In this document: positions 9,404 to 19,739 of the stretch, in pieces | Layout of the letters: each line of letters opens with the position of its first letter | Numbering within the stretch: the stretch's first letter is position 1 | From: an uncultured delta proteobacterium | GTDB lineage: Bacteria > Myxococcota_A > Polyangia > Polyangiales > Polyangiaceae | Direction: 5' to 3' | NCBI GenBank assembly: GCA_963850305.1 | Contig: CAWKKR010000008.1 | Coordinates: 896,001-960,000 of the forward strand | Length of the DNA stretch: 64,000 nt | Made by a program: the position numbers and the translations under genes | Notes under the pieces: model-generated | What the model saw: the letters and a program-made list of their open reading frames with translations, nothing else | Told to the model about the DNA's origin: nothing | The model's database searches: none

Positions 9404-10111
9404 TCACTGACAGAAGTAGTAGGTCGTGAGAAGGAGCCCCCGCGAGCATTTCGTGGTGCCCGGACACAGGTTCGGGCCGTTCGGATCGCAGAGGATGTAC
9501 TGCTCGAGCCCGGCGCACGTGGCCTGACACTGCATGCTCGAGACGTGCGAGGCGAAGCCGACGATGGTGACGTTCGCGCAGCAGGTGGTGTCCCCCGTGC
9601 AATCCGATTGGCTGTCGCACGTGATGGACGTGGCTTGACACGCCAAACCGTTGCAGCACGCGGCGCCTGTAGCGGCGCACTCCCAAGTGCTCCCGCTCAC
9701 GCAGCACTGTTGCTCCGCGGTGCACTGCGTGCCGGAGCAATCCACGCCGTTCGAGCCGGTCACGCCACCGGGGCCGCCGTCGCTGTCCAGGCCGATCTCG
9801 CCACCCGAGCCGACGGGGGAGCCGCCCGCGCCGGAGTCCGTCAGTGCGCCGCCGGCTCCGTCGCCACCCAGCCCGCCGCTGCCGAGGTCACCTCCGCTCC
9901 CGAAATCGACTCCGCCGAGCCCGGACCCGCCGCTCGACGATTCACCGCCGGCACCGCTCGTGTATCCCCCTCCCTGACCGCCCGAGCTGGTCGCACCGCC
10001 ACCTCCCGATGCCGCCGACGATCCGCCGAAGAGGTCTTGTTGCGAGGTGCCTCCGCAGGCGACGGCGAGGCCCGCGGAGAACGCGAGCATGAAGCGAGAG
10101 TCGACCCTCAT
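9404..10111 (-). CDS. Gly-rich, Cys-rich lipoprotein (myxobacterial type)
   Basis: Lipobox LAVAC, GSGG repeats and a C-terminal Cys-rich module containing CC pairs. Confidence 0.8.
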   Translation of the reverse strand: MRVDSRFMLAFSAGLAVACGGTSQQDLFGGSSAASGGGGATSSGGQGGGYTSGAGGESSSGGSGLGGVDFGSGGDLGSGGLGGDGAGGALTDSGAGGSPVGSGGEIGLDSDGGPGGVTGSNGVDCSGTQCTAEQQCCVSGSTWECAATGAACCNGLACQATSITCDSQSDCTGDTTCCANVTIVGFASHVSSMQCQATCAGLEQYILCDPNGPNLCPGTTKCSRGLLLTTYYFCQ

Positions 10112-10354
10112 GCGATGCCATGCATCCTAGACCCAAGGGAAGGAGTCCGCTATCCCGGTGCAGAACGGCCGGCACCCAATCCCACTGAGCACCGCGTCAT
10201 GCTCTCGTCTCCAGAGGGCCGAGACCGCTCAGCGCCGCGACGGCGAGCCCCCCGAGATCGGGCCCCGCCGGAGAGTCCCGCAATCGTACCTTGCACCTTG
10301 CACGGCTTGCGTGCGGAGCTCGGTTTCGGCTTGAATCTTACCGGTGTGGTTCCG

Positions 10355-12925
10355 ATGAATGCAGCGGGGCTCGATGAGGACAGAGCGTCCACTGCCCCCT
10401 TCGAGGGGTTGAGCCCGGCCGAAGTCGCGGAACGCCGCGAGCGCGACGGTTTCAACGAGCTCGGCGCATCGAAGTCGCGAAGCTTGCTGGCCGACGCCGT
10501 CGACTTGCTCCGCGAGCCGATGTCGTTGCTCTTGCTGATTTGCGGCGGCATTTATGCGGCCGTCGGCGACCGACAAGAAGCGTTCATGCTGCTCGGCTTC
10601 GTCGTCTTCATCATGGCCCTCACGCTGGGCCAAGAGCAAAAGACCGGGCGAGCGCTGGAAGCGCTTCGCGATCTGGCGAGTCCCCGAGCCCTCGTCATTC
10701 GAAAGGGCGAACGCGTTCGAGTCGCCGGACGCGAGCTCGTCCAAGACGATCTCATCGTACTGGCCGAGGGAGATCGTGTCCCCGCTGACGCCATCATCCT
10801 GCACGCGAGTCACGTTGCAGTCGACGAGTCTCTCGTGACGGGCGAGTCGGTACCGGTACGCAAGGGCGTCTGGGACGGTGTGCTCGCATTCGCTCGCCCG
10901 GGCGGAGAAGACTTGCCGTTCGTCTTTGCGGGAACGCTGGTGACGGGCGGCACCGGCATCGCGCGGGTGCACGCGACGGGACCGCGGACGGAGATCGGCC
11001 GTATTGGCGCGGCCATGCACGGCAAGGAGAAGGCGCAAGACACACCGCTGCAAGCCGAGGCCCGGCGCTTGGTCGTCAAACTGGCGTGGCTCGGCGGGCT
11101 ACTCTCGTTGATTGCGGCCCTCGGCTATGGCCTCGCCAAGCGCGACGCACTCGCTGGACTACTGGCCGGGCTGACACTGGCGATGGCGATCCTACCGAAC
11201 GAGTTCCCGGTCGTCGTCACGATGTTCCTCGCGTTCGGCGCCTGGCGGCTCGCAAAAAGGAAGGTGCTTGCTCGGCGCATCCCTGCCGTCGAGTCGCTCG
11301 GCGCGATCACCGTGCTGTGCGTGGACAAGACCGGAACGCTCACGGCAAACCGCATGGTGGTGAGCCGGATGACCGCCAACGGCGAAACCTTCGACCTCGA
11401 ACTACTGCGTACGGCGGCGCTGCCCGAGTCGATGCACCGGACGGTCGAGTTCAGTATCCTGGCCAGCCGTCGCGACCCGTTCGACCCGATGGAGCGTGCC
11501 TTCAAGGAGCTCGGGGAGCGTCAGCTCGCCGGGACCGAACACTTGCACGACGACTGGCTGCTCGTGCGCGAGTACCCGCTCACGCGCGAACGACTCGCCG
11601 TCGTACAGATCTGGCGCGAGCCCGGCCGAGCCTCGCTCGTCGTGGCCGCGAAGGGCGCCCCGGAGGCGATGGCGAAGCTGTGCAGATTGAGCGAAGGTGA
11701 GCGGACCAAGGTGGACGGCGACGTGCGCGCACTCGCGGGCGGGGGCCTACGGGTGCTCGCGGTCGCCCGCTGCGAAGTCCCGGAGACAGCCGTCCCCGAA
11801 GACGTCGCTTCGCTCCACTTTGGCTTCGTCGGACTCGTGGGGCTCGAGGATCCGGTCCGCGTAGACGTCCCGGCGGCGGTTGCGGAATGTCGCACGGCGG
11901 GCATTCGCGTCGTGATGATCACGGGCGACTACCCGGCGACGGCCGAAGCCATCGCGCGCCAGGCGGGGCTCGATGCAACGCGCGTCGTCACCGGTCCCGA
12001 GCTCGCCGCCATGGGCGAGGACGAACTCCGCAAGTGCGTCGCGGACACGAGCGTCTTCGCGCGTATGCTCCCCGAGCAGAAGCTCGGGTTGGTACGAGCG
12101 CTCGAGTCGAACGGCCAGATTGTCGGCATGACCGGTGACGGCGTCAACGACGCGCCCGCGCTCAAGGCTGCGCACGTCGGCATCGCCATGGGCGCCCGCG
12201 GTACCGACGTGGCGCGCGAGGCCGCCGCGGTCGTGCTGCTCGAAGACGACTTTGCGGCACTCGTTCACGGCATCCGCACGGGTCGGCGCATCGTCGACAA
12301 TCTGAGGAAGGCGCTCGCTTACATCCTGGCCGTGCACTTGCCGATTGTCGGATTGACCCTCGTGCCGATCGCCCTGGGTTGGCCGCTCGTGTTGATGCCC
12401 ATCCACATTGCGTTTCTGCATCTCGTGATCGACCCCGCATGCTCGGTCGTCTTCGAGGCCCAACCGGAAGAGGCCGACGTGATGAAAAGGCCTCCCCGCG
12501 CGCCTCGAGACCCGATGTTCGGGCGACGGGTAATCGCGATCAGCAGCGCGCAAGGCACCGCGGTGCTGGCGGTCGTTCTCGCCGTGTATGCGCTTGCTCT
12601 TCACCTGAGGCAGGTCGACGACGAAGCGCGCGCGCTCACGTTTGCGACCTTCCTCGTCGCGAACCTGGCGTTGATCTTCACGAACCGTTCCTGGACCGAG
12701 AGCATCGTATCGTCCTCGCTCAAAGAGGTGACGTTGTGGGCAGTCACCGCTGGCGCGCTCCTCTTCCTGGCCCTCGTCCTGTATGTGCCACTTCTAGCTC
12801 ACCTCTTTCGTTTCGCAGCGCCGAGGCCACTCGACCTCGTATTGTGTTTGGCTGGAGGGACGCTCAGCGTCGGGTGGTTCGAGCTGGTCAAGCGACGCGG
12901 TTCCCCTCGCCCGCGCTCATCGTGA
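10355..12925 (+). CDS. Cation-translocating P-type ATPase (P2-like)
   Basis: TGES, DKTGTLT, KGAPE, MITGD and GDGVNDAPAL, with about 10 TM segments. Confidence 0.95.
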   Translation: MNAAGLDEDRASTAPFEGLSPAEVAERRERDGFNELGASKSRSLLADAVDLLREPMSLLLLICGGIYAAVGDRQEAFMLLGFVVFIMALTLGQEQKTGRALEALRDLASPRALVIRKGERVRVAGRELVQDDLIVLAEGDRVPADAIILHASHVAVDESLVTGESVPVRKGVWDGVLAFARPGGEDLPFVFAGTLVTGGTGIARVHATGPRTEIGRIGAAMHGKEKAQDTPLQAEARRLVVKLAWLGGLLSLIAALGYGLAKRDALAGLLAGLTLAMAILPNEFPVVVTMFLAFGAWRLAKRKVLARRIPAVESLGAITVLCVDKTGTLTANRMVVSRMTANGETFDLELLRTAALPESMHRTVEFSILASRRDPFDPMERAFKELGERQLAGTEHLHDDWLLVREYPLTRERLAVVQIWREPGRASLVVAAKGAPEAMAKLCRLSEGERTKVDGDVRALAGGGLRVLAVARCEVPETAVPEDVASLHFGFVGLVGLEDPVRVDVPAAVAECRTAGIRVVMITGDYPATAEAIARQAGLDATRVVTGPELAAMGEDELRKCVADTSVFARMLPEQKLGLVRALESNGQIVGMTGDGVNDAPALKAAHVGIAMGARGTDVAREAAAVVLLEDDFAALVHGIRTGRRIVDNLRKALAYILAVHLPIVGLTLVPIALGWPLVLMPIHIAFLHLVIDPACSVVFEAQPEEADVMKRPPRAPRDPMFGRRVIAISSAQGTAVLAVVLAVYALALHLRQVDDEARALTFATFLVANLALIFTNRSWTESIVSSSLKEVTLWAVTAGALLFLALVLYVPLLAHLFRFAAPRPLDLVLCLAGGTLSVGWFELVKRRGSPRPRSS

Positions 12926-15320
12926 CGCCGTGAACAGCTGTTCGAGCGCCGCGACGAACTCGTCCACGTTCACGGGTTTCGTCAGGTATCGGTAAAATCC
13001 TGCCTCGACGCCCCGTTTCTTGTCACGCTCGGAGGCGGCTGCCGTCAGCGCGATGACCGGGATCTCCTTCGTCTGGGGCACGACGCGCAGCGCATGGAGC
13101 GCGTCTATGCCGCTCATGCCCGGCAGGTTGATGTCCATGACGATGACGTCGGGGGTCTGCCCCCGGGCGAGCTCGACGCCCATCTCCGCCGTGGCCGCGG
13201 TGAGCAGATCGACGTCCTCGAAGGTGCTCACCAGGTCCCTCATGAACGTGACGTTGGCGGGGTTGTCCTCGACGTAGAGAACGAGGCGGCGCCGTTCTCC
13301 CGAGTCGAAGCGGGTTGCACCCGGCGGGCGTGCCGGCGGCGCGCTGCTTCGCGCCCGGCCAGCGTGCGACGGGAGCTCGACCCAGAACTCCGATCCCTCC
13401 CCGGAAACGCTTCGGAACCCAACTTCGCCATCCATGAGCTGCGCGAGGCGCTTGCTGATGACGAGACCGATTCCGGTTCCTTCGATCGGTCCGGTCTCCT
13501 GTCCGGCGCGCTGGAACGGTTGAAAGAGCGTGCTCTGCTTGTCCGCCGGGATACCCATCCCGGTGTCACGAACGGTCACGCGCACGCGCCCCGCGTCCGC
13601 GTTCGAAACCGTGAACGTGACGCTGCCCGCGGGGCGATTGTACTTCACCGCGTTCGAACCGAGGTTCATGAGGATCTGAGCAAAGCGGGTCCGGTCAGCG
13701 GCAACCGGAACGAGTTCCGACGGGAGCACATCCAGCTCGATGCGGATCCCGTGGCGAACCGCCATCGACTCGAGCGTTTTCATTACGTCGTCGAGCACGT
13801 CGGCCACGCTGACCGGTTCCGTCGAGATCGACACGGATCCGGCCTCGATGCGCGACAAATCCAGGATGTCGTCGATGAGACGCAAGAGGTGTTCGCCCCC
13901 CTTCAGGATCTGCTCGACGCGTTCCTTGTGCCGGTCGACGAGGGGGATCTTCTTGTCTCGCTGGAGGAGCTGCGCGAAACCGAGGATCGCGTTCATGCGG
14001 GGTCCGGAGCTCGTGACTCATCGACGACAGGAAATCGCTCTTGGCGGCGCTGCCTGCTTCGGCCGCTTCGCGCGCCTCGCGCAGCTCTGCCGCCCGCCGC
14101 TCGTCGTCCGTCAGATCCCAGATGGTCTTGACGAGACCGCCCTCCGCCGTTCGTCGATCCATGACGCGCAAACTACGACCGTCGCGCGTTCGGACGTCGA
14201 ACGTCGACGTTCGGTCGTGCGATCGCCGCGCCAGCCTCTCCGTGCGGAACCGATCACGGCCGGCGTCTTCGCCGAAGTCCAGATCCGTGAGCCAGGCGTC
14301 CAGGACCTCTTGGTAGAGTCTGCCGACGAGCGGTCCAGGGAGAACGTCTCCGATGAGGCGCCGGTAGACGCTGTTGCAGAGCACCAATCGGTCCTCCTGG
14401 TCGAAGAGCGCGAACGCCTCCTGGATGCTCTCGACGGCGCTCGATAGTCGCTCTGCGGCGAGCCTCGCTTCGGATTCGACTCTCTTGCGTTCGGTGATGT
14501 CTCGAATCGCCGCCGAGACGGTCACGCCACGGTCCGCGTGAAGCGGGCTGAGGCTCACCTCGATCGGGACCTCGGTCCCGTCTTTGCGCCTGCCGAAGAG
14601 CTCGAGGCCCGAACCCATCGTGCGTGCGCCGGGGCTCGCAAAGAAGCGGTTGACGTGGCTACCGTGGGCGCTCCGAAACCGCTCGGGAATGAGCATCTCC
14701 AGATTCTGGCCGACGAGCTCCGAGCGCGCGTAGCCGAACAGCCTCTCGGTCTGGACGTTGACGAGAGTGATGCTCCCGTCGTTGGCGACGACCACCATCG
14801 CGTCCGGTGCGGTATCGAGGAGCTGCGTGGACCATTCTCGTGACCGAGCGGACAGCTCTCGTATCGTCTGCTCCTGCTTCTCCTCTTGCTGCCTCGAGCG
14901 GACCATGTCCGTCACGTCTTCGACACGATGGATGATGTTGAGGAGCCGCCCGTCGTCTCCGAGGACGGGAGAATTGACGGGACTCCAGTATCTCTCCTCG
15001 AACCCCCCACCTTCCGACTCGGGGCGTCGAATGTCGTACTTCTGGACGGCCATCGTATCGGGCCGCAACCGCTCGCACACGCGACCGAGGGACGCGCGGA
15101 GGTTCGCGACGCCGGTCGCCTCCGGATCGCCCGGATTGTCGGGAAACACGTCGAAGAGCCCGCGACCGACGATCGCGCCTCTATCCGTCATGGTCGCCTG
15201 CAAATAGGCGTTGCTCACGGCGACGATGGTGAGGTCTGGAGCCAGAACCAGGTAGCAGCCCGGTGCCGCCTGAAACAGCCGCTGGAAATCGGGTTCGCTC
15301 AACGAGCGAGCTCTTACCAC
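12917..15320 (-). pseudogene. PAS-domain hybrid sensor histidine kinase/receiver with a +1 frameshift in the H-box (possibly a sequencing error)
   Basis: The 5' part has PAS domains and ends SHELRTP. The 3' part starts (M/L)[10 protein letters not shown] and has HATPase motifs (NAVKY, DTGMG, GTGIGL) and a receiver (MDINLP, KP). One extra base at about 13996-13997. Start is approximate. Confidence 0.85.
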
Positions 15321-15366
15321 AGTCTCGGAGCGACTCGAGCGTCTACCCTGCGGCGGACGGAGCTCG

Positions 15367-16851
15367 TCAGTGAATTGCGGGATTGCACACGCCGCCCACG
15401 CAGCTCTTCGAACAGCAGTCCGCGCTGGTGCTGCAGGACTGTCCATCCAGGAGACACGCGCTGGTCCCGCCGGCTCCACCCGTGCCGGGTCCCGCGTCCC
15501 CGACGCTCGATGCGCCACCCGCATTTCCGACACCACCCCCGCCGCCCGCACCGGATGATCCCGGTGCTTCGCACGCCAGGAGGAGTTGAATGCTCGCGTT
15601 CGAATCCGCCTCGACCTTGGTGCACGTGACGGGGCAGAGGTGGATCTTCGCCTGGCCGACGGTGCCGTCGTAATACCAGCCGCCACTCGTCGAGTCGCAC
15701 GCCGATGCCGAGCTGGCCCACGCGAGATCCACGGCCGCGGCGGTTCCCGACGTATACTCGACGGTTGCCCGCGTCAGATCGACCGCCTTGCCGTTCGGTG
15801 CTGGCGGCACATCGTAGTCGCACGCAACGTTGTTCGCGTTGCGGATGGCGTTCATCGCGTTCTCGAACTCGGTCTCCGTGTTCGCGCCCGTGTTGACGAT
15901 GAACGCCGATCCGGTGCCGCCGCTCTTGGCGATCTCGTTCACATTGGTGACGACGGTGCAGCTCTGATTGAGCCCATTCGGACAATCCGTCGAACCGAAT
16001 ACGCCGACGACGTACGTCTCGATGGGCGTCGCTCCACTGTCTCCCGTCTTCGCGATGGCGGCGGCGCCGGCGACGGTGCTGTTGCACCCGTTCGGCAACC
16101 CATCCGTCGCGAAGACCACGACCACCTTGTGAGTGGGATGCGCCTTCTGCCAGGTCTGGGCGTAATCGATGGCGCCCTGGAGGGCGGGCTCCGTAGGGGT
16201 GTCGCCGGACGGTGAGATGTTGCCGATGGCTTTGACGATTGCAGCCGCGTTGCCGTTCAGGTTGGCGATCGGCACGTCGGGAATCGCGTAGTCGGCAGCG
16301 TTACAGGAGTCGTTGCCGCCTCCGTTTCCTCCTCCGTGGCGACCGTGACCGCCTCCGGCGTCGGCCGCAGCGGGTGTCTCCACGGCGAAGAATCCGATGC
16401 CCGCGCCGATGCCCGCGGACTGCTTGTCGTTCACGAACTTGGTGAGGGCACCCGTGATCACGGTCCATTTGCTGGGCCCCGCGGCAGTCGCGTCGCCCAT
16501 CGAGCCGGAGCGATCCTGCATGATGAAGATATCGAGCGCCTCCGGCGTTGCCTTGTCCTTCTGGGACACGCACGCGTTCGTCGCGGTGACGGGCGTTACC
16601 GTCGTGACGACCAGCCCGCCGTCAGCGCTGGTACCAACCTCGTTGCCGCCCGCGCCCGATCCGCTCGTACCCGACCCGCCCGCCCCACCGCCCGAAACAT
16701 CGCCACCGTCACGCCCGGACGAGCCCGCGACGGAACCGTCCCGGCGATCCAGCCCGTTGCCCGTACCGTTCGTGTTACCCGAGCCGCTGCAACCCGAGGC
16801 GATCCCGCAACCGAGGAGAGCCGTAAGGCCAAACCTTAAATGATACTTCAT
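15367..16851 (-). CDS. vWA (MIDAS) domain lipoprotein
   Basis: Lipobox IASGC, Gly-rich linker, [24 protein letters not shown] and a Cys-rich C-terminus. Confidence 0.85.
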   Translation of the reverse strand: MKYHLRFGLTALLGCGIASGCSGSGNTNGTGNGLDRRDGSVAGSSGRDGGDVSGGGAGGSGTSGSGAGGNEVGTSADGGLVVTTVTPVTATNACVSQKDKATPEALDIFIMQDRSGSMGDATAAGPSKWTVITGALTKFVNDKQSAGIGAGIGFFAVETPAAADAGGGHGRHGGGNGGGNDSCNAADYAIPDVPIANLNGNAAAIVKAIGNISPSGDTPTEPALQGAIDYAQTWQKAHPTHKVVVVFATDGLPNGCNSTVAGAAAIAKTGDSGATPIETYVVGVFGSTDCPNGLNQSCTVVTNVNEIAKSGGTGSAFIVNTGANTETEFENAMNAIRNANNVACDYDVPPAPNGKAVDLTRATVEYTSGTAAAVDLAWASSASACDSTSGGWYYDGTVGQAKIHLCPVTCTKVEADSNASIQLLLACEAPGSSGAGGGGGVGNAGGASSVGDAGPGTGGAGGTSACLLDGQSCSTSADCCSKSCVGGVCNPAIH

Positions 16852-17017
16852 GGGAGCTCCCTCCGGCGAACCCCTCGTTGGTAAAATAGATAGTACGCGG
16901 CCTTACCCGCGCTCGCAAGCAGTGCACCTCGGCCGCGCGGCGACGTGTGGACGAGTGTCCACCGGAATGCGTCTTCCTGCGACCTCGGCTCACCTGCTTC
17001 GCGAAGGCGGCGTCGAC

Positions 17018-17227
17018 TATAAGAACCCGACCGACGGCACCGTCGCGATCGTCGTCATCAACGACAACCAGACCGACACAACCCTGTCGCTGTTCGTGTC
17101 CGGAGCTGCCCCATGCGCAATGACGCCCTGGGTTACTTCTGCGAGCGGCAACGTCGTCTCGAAGCGCTTGCTCGACGTTTCGAGCTCGAGCTTCAGCGCG
17201 ACGCTCGACGCCCAGAGCGTCACCACG
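17018..17227 (+). pseudogene. Orphan fragment resembling the C-terminal beta-sandwich of a GH30 glucuronoxylanase
   Basis: YKNPTDGTVAIVVINDN...TPWVTSASGN...SFSATLDAQSVTT. No catalytic domain and no credible start codon. Confidence 0.65.
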
Positions 17228-17318
17228 AACTCCGAAAGCGGGCCGAGCGCCGGAGCGCCAGGATGCCCGCCGGGGAGGTGCTCGATGGTCTCGACGCTCG
17301 TGGCTCCGCTCCTCGAGA

Positions 17319-18011
17319 TCAGGAGCCCGAATCGCAGGCCTTCCGGGCGCGGGCAGCGGTGGGCGACTGCGGCGCGAGACGAGCCAGCTCGGCGCGGCCT
17401 TCGCTCACACGTCCGAGCGAACAGAGCGCCTCAGCCTTCGCTGCGCGCCGCTCCTCGCTCAGAGCTCCACGTGGGAACCTGGATTGGTGCTCGTCGAGCG
17501 CCTTCAGTGCCTCCGCGGCGTGGCCCGCGCGCAGCGCGCTCGTCGCGCGCGACAGGAGCGCCACTTCTTCCGCGAGCCGATCGCGGCTGCGAGACGCCGA
17601 AGCAACGAGCGGAGGCGCAGCCACGGGTGCAGGAGTGCCATCGGGCGTCGCCACCGGTTCGGCGCGCGGAGCGACGGGGGGAGCCGGCGCTGCCGTCGCG
17701 ATCGATGCCACGGGCGGCCTCGACGTGGAGGTCTGCTGAACCGCCGGGCTCGGCCCTCGTCCCCTGCCCAGATAAACCGCGACCCCAACCAAGCCGACGC
17801 CGAGCACCGTGCCGGCCACGACCTTCCAGCCCGCGGCGGCAGCGATGGGAGACGGTGCGATACTCCCGTGCGGCGGCAGAGTGCCAGGACCCAGCTGCGC
17901 CCGGAGTGCCGTCGCGATCCGGTCGCGATCTGCGTCCGTCGGTCGAAGAGCAGTTCGACCGGCGTCGACAAGGGCGCGAGCTTTGGGTCCGAGAGTTGCC
18001 ATGATCGTCAC
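17319..18011 (-). CDS. Putative anti-sigma factor: one TM, Pro/Ala linker, TPR-like helical C-terminus
   Basis: Overlaps the ECF sigma stop by 4 nt. TM segment, then LAEEVALL...ALKALDEHQSRFPRGALSEER. Confidence 0.7.
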   Translation of the reverse strand: MTIMATLGPKARALVDAGRTALRPTDADRDRIATALRAQLGPGTLPPHGSIAPSPIAAAAGWKVVAGTVLGVGLVGVAVYLGRGRGPSPAVQQTSTSRPPVASIATAAPAPPVAPRAEPVATPDGTPAPVAAPPLVASASRSRDRLAEEVALLSRATSALRAGHAAEALKALDEHQSRFPRGALSEERRAAKAEALCSLGRVSEGRAELARLAPQSPTAARARKACDSGS

Positions 18012-18604
18012 GTTCCTTCGTTGCGCTTTTCAAGGCGCGCGAGCGCGGCCTCGAAGGCCTGTCTGGCCGCGCGAAGCCTGGAGTAGACGGTGTTGAGGGG
18101 GATCTCGAGGGCCTCGGCCACTTCCGGGACCGTGAACTCTTCGAGCTCGACCAGCGAGAACACCTCACGTTTCACGGGGTCGAGCGTTTCGAGTAACTGG
18201 GCGAGCCGCGCGAGCTCCGCGTTCGTCTCGGTTTGCTCGAAGGGCGACGGGGCTAGGGACTCGAGTTCGACGTCTTCGCCCACCGTGAGCTGGGCGGCTC
18301 GCGCGCGGCCGGCGCGGCGATGGGTACTCACGGTGCGCCGCACGATGCCGTACATCCAGCTCCGCAGCGCTTCAGGACGCTCCAGTGTGTGGAGCTTTCC
18401 GTGGACGACGATGAAGATCTCCTGGACGACGTCGTCCGTCGCTCCGGGGTCGACGCCGAGCCGACGCGTACACGACCAGACGAAGTCGAAGTACTCACGA
18501 TAGACCGCCTGGAACGAAGGCATTACCCGCGACACCGCGTGTGATTCCGGATCCTCCTCCCCGCTCGGGCAAGGGGCAATCGCTCGGGAGTCTCGGGCCG
18601 TCAT
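18008..18604 (-). CDS. ECF RNA polymerase sigma-70 factor
   Basis: Region 2 DDVVQEIF...SWMYGIVRR and region 4 EVAEALEIPLNTVYSRLRAAR. Confidence 0.93.
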   Translation of the reverse strand: MTARDSRAIAPCPSGEEDPESHAVSRVMPSFQAVYREYFDFVWSCTRRLGVDPGATDDVVQEIFIVVHGKLHTLERPEALRSWMYGIVRRTVSTHRRAGRARAAQLTVGEDVELESLAPSPFEQTETNAELARLAQLLETLDPVKREVFSLVELEEFTVPEVAEALEIPLNTVYSRLRAARQAFEAALARLEKRNEGT

Positions 18605-18644
18605 GCGGGTTCATTGCTGCAGTGGCACGCGGCGACGTGGTCCG

Positions 18645-19739
18645 TCACAAAATCCACTCCAGGCCGAGGGTTACCGTGAGCGAGCCTGGCCACATCTGCG
18701 CCAGAGTACCCACACCGTCGACCGCGAGGCGCGGTCGCGATCCCTCGACCTCTGCGCTCATCGCTCCGAAGAGTCCGACCCGCGAGAGGAAGCGCCATCG
18801 AGCTCGAACGCCGACGCCCGCGGCGGGCCACGTGATGCTCCCCGTCCGAGGGGCGACATGGTCTCCACTGCCGCGCGCGCGCAGGTGCTCGAGCCCGAAG
18901 GTCAAACAGGGAGCGACCTCGAAACGTTCTGACGAAAACGCCCAGCACCCCTCTAGCCCGGCGGCGACGCGCTGCACGTCCGCGCCGGTGCCGGGTTCGT
19001 CGCTCGCCGTAAGGTGCTGCGAATGCCAGACGCCGCCTTCCACGAGAACGCGAAGCCGCTCGAAGGATACGCCGGCTGCGGCGGCCAGCCCGAAACTCGG
19101 CTCGGGCAACGGACCGAGTGCGAAGACACCGAGCGGCGCCTGGAGCAGCCCGTGGAGTCGACGCGTCTCCGCGCGTTCGCCGCGCGACTCGCGATCCGGC
19201 ACAGCACTCTCCACCGCGTGCGTTGGCGAAGGTTCCGAAGTCCGCTGACCATTTCCTCTGGATGCCTCTGCCGTTGTCGAATCCTTCGTCTCGCTGCTCC
19301 CTGGGGACGGCGCGTCGCTCGCGCTGGGGCCTGCAAGGGTATCCTGTGGAGCCGAACCTCCGAGGAGCAGGGCCAGGGTTACCGCGGTCGCACCGGCGAG
19401 ATCCTTGCACGACCTGCCATCGATGTTGCGAGCCTCGACCAGATCACCGGCGTGCACGACGAGCGCGAGATGAAACCGACCGTCGTCGCCCTGGGTGACC
19501 GTCGCTTCCGCTCGCACGGGGGCATTCGTCGAGCGGGCGGAACCCGCAAGCTTCCGGGTTCGGTCCTGCACGTACCGTTCGCTCGGACACCCGGCGGGAG
19601 CTTCCCAGTGGAGCGCGAACGGCTCTGAGTATTGCGCGAGCGCCCGTGCCGGCGCGAGAAAAGCAATCAGCGCGCCGAGTATCGGCGCGCACCGCCCGTA
19701 CACACGACGGTCAGCGAGCAGCACTGATCGTGACGTCAT
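18645..19739 (-). CDS. Secreted protein with probable C-terminal outer-membrane beta-barrel
   Basis: Signal peptide ending ARALA, N-domain WEAPAGCP...SCKDLA, Pro/Ser linker, then amphipathic beta-strands ending LTVTLGLEWIL. Confidence 0.7.
   Translation of the reverse strand: MTSRSVLLADRRVYGRCAPILGALIAFLAPARALAQYSEPFALHWEAPAGCPSERYVQDRTRKLAGSARSTNAPVRAEATVTQGDDGRFHLALVVHAGDLVEARNIDGRSCKDLAGATAVTLALLLGGSAPQDTLAGPSASDAPSPGSSETKDSTTAEASRGNGQRTSEPSPTHAVESAVPDRESRGERAETRRLHGLLQAPLGVFALGPLPEPSFGLAAAAGVSFERLRVLVEGGVWHSQHLTASDEPGTGADVQRVAAGLEGCWAFSSERFEVAPCLTFGLEHLRARGSGDHVAPRTGSITWPAAGVGVRARWRFLSRVGLFGAMSAEVEGSRPRLAVDGVGTLAQMWPGSLTVTLGLEWIL

Noticed and set aside
9545..10354. N-terminal extension of the P-type ATPase
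   Set aside because: It overlaps a credible minus-strand lipoprotein, and ATPase-like sequence begins near 10355.
13990..14005. Programmed ribosomal frameshift in the kinase
   Set aside because: There is no slippery heptamer or obvious stimulatory structure, and similar indels occur in unrelated genes.
16850..18004. 384-aa plus-strand ORF as a real gene
   Set aside because: Only 17018-17227 looks coding. The rest is antisense to the anti-sigma gene or lies in intergenic sequence.
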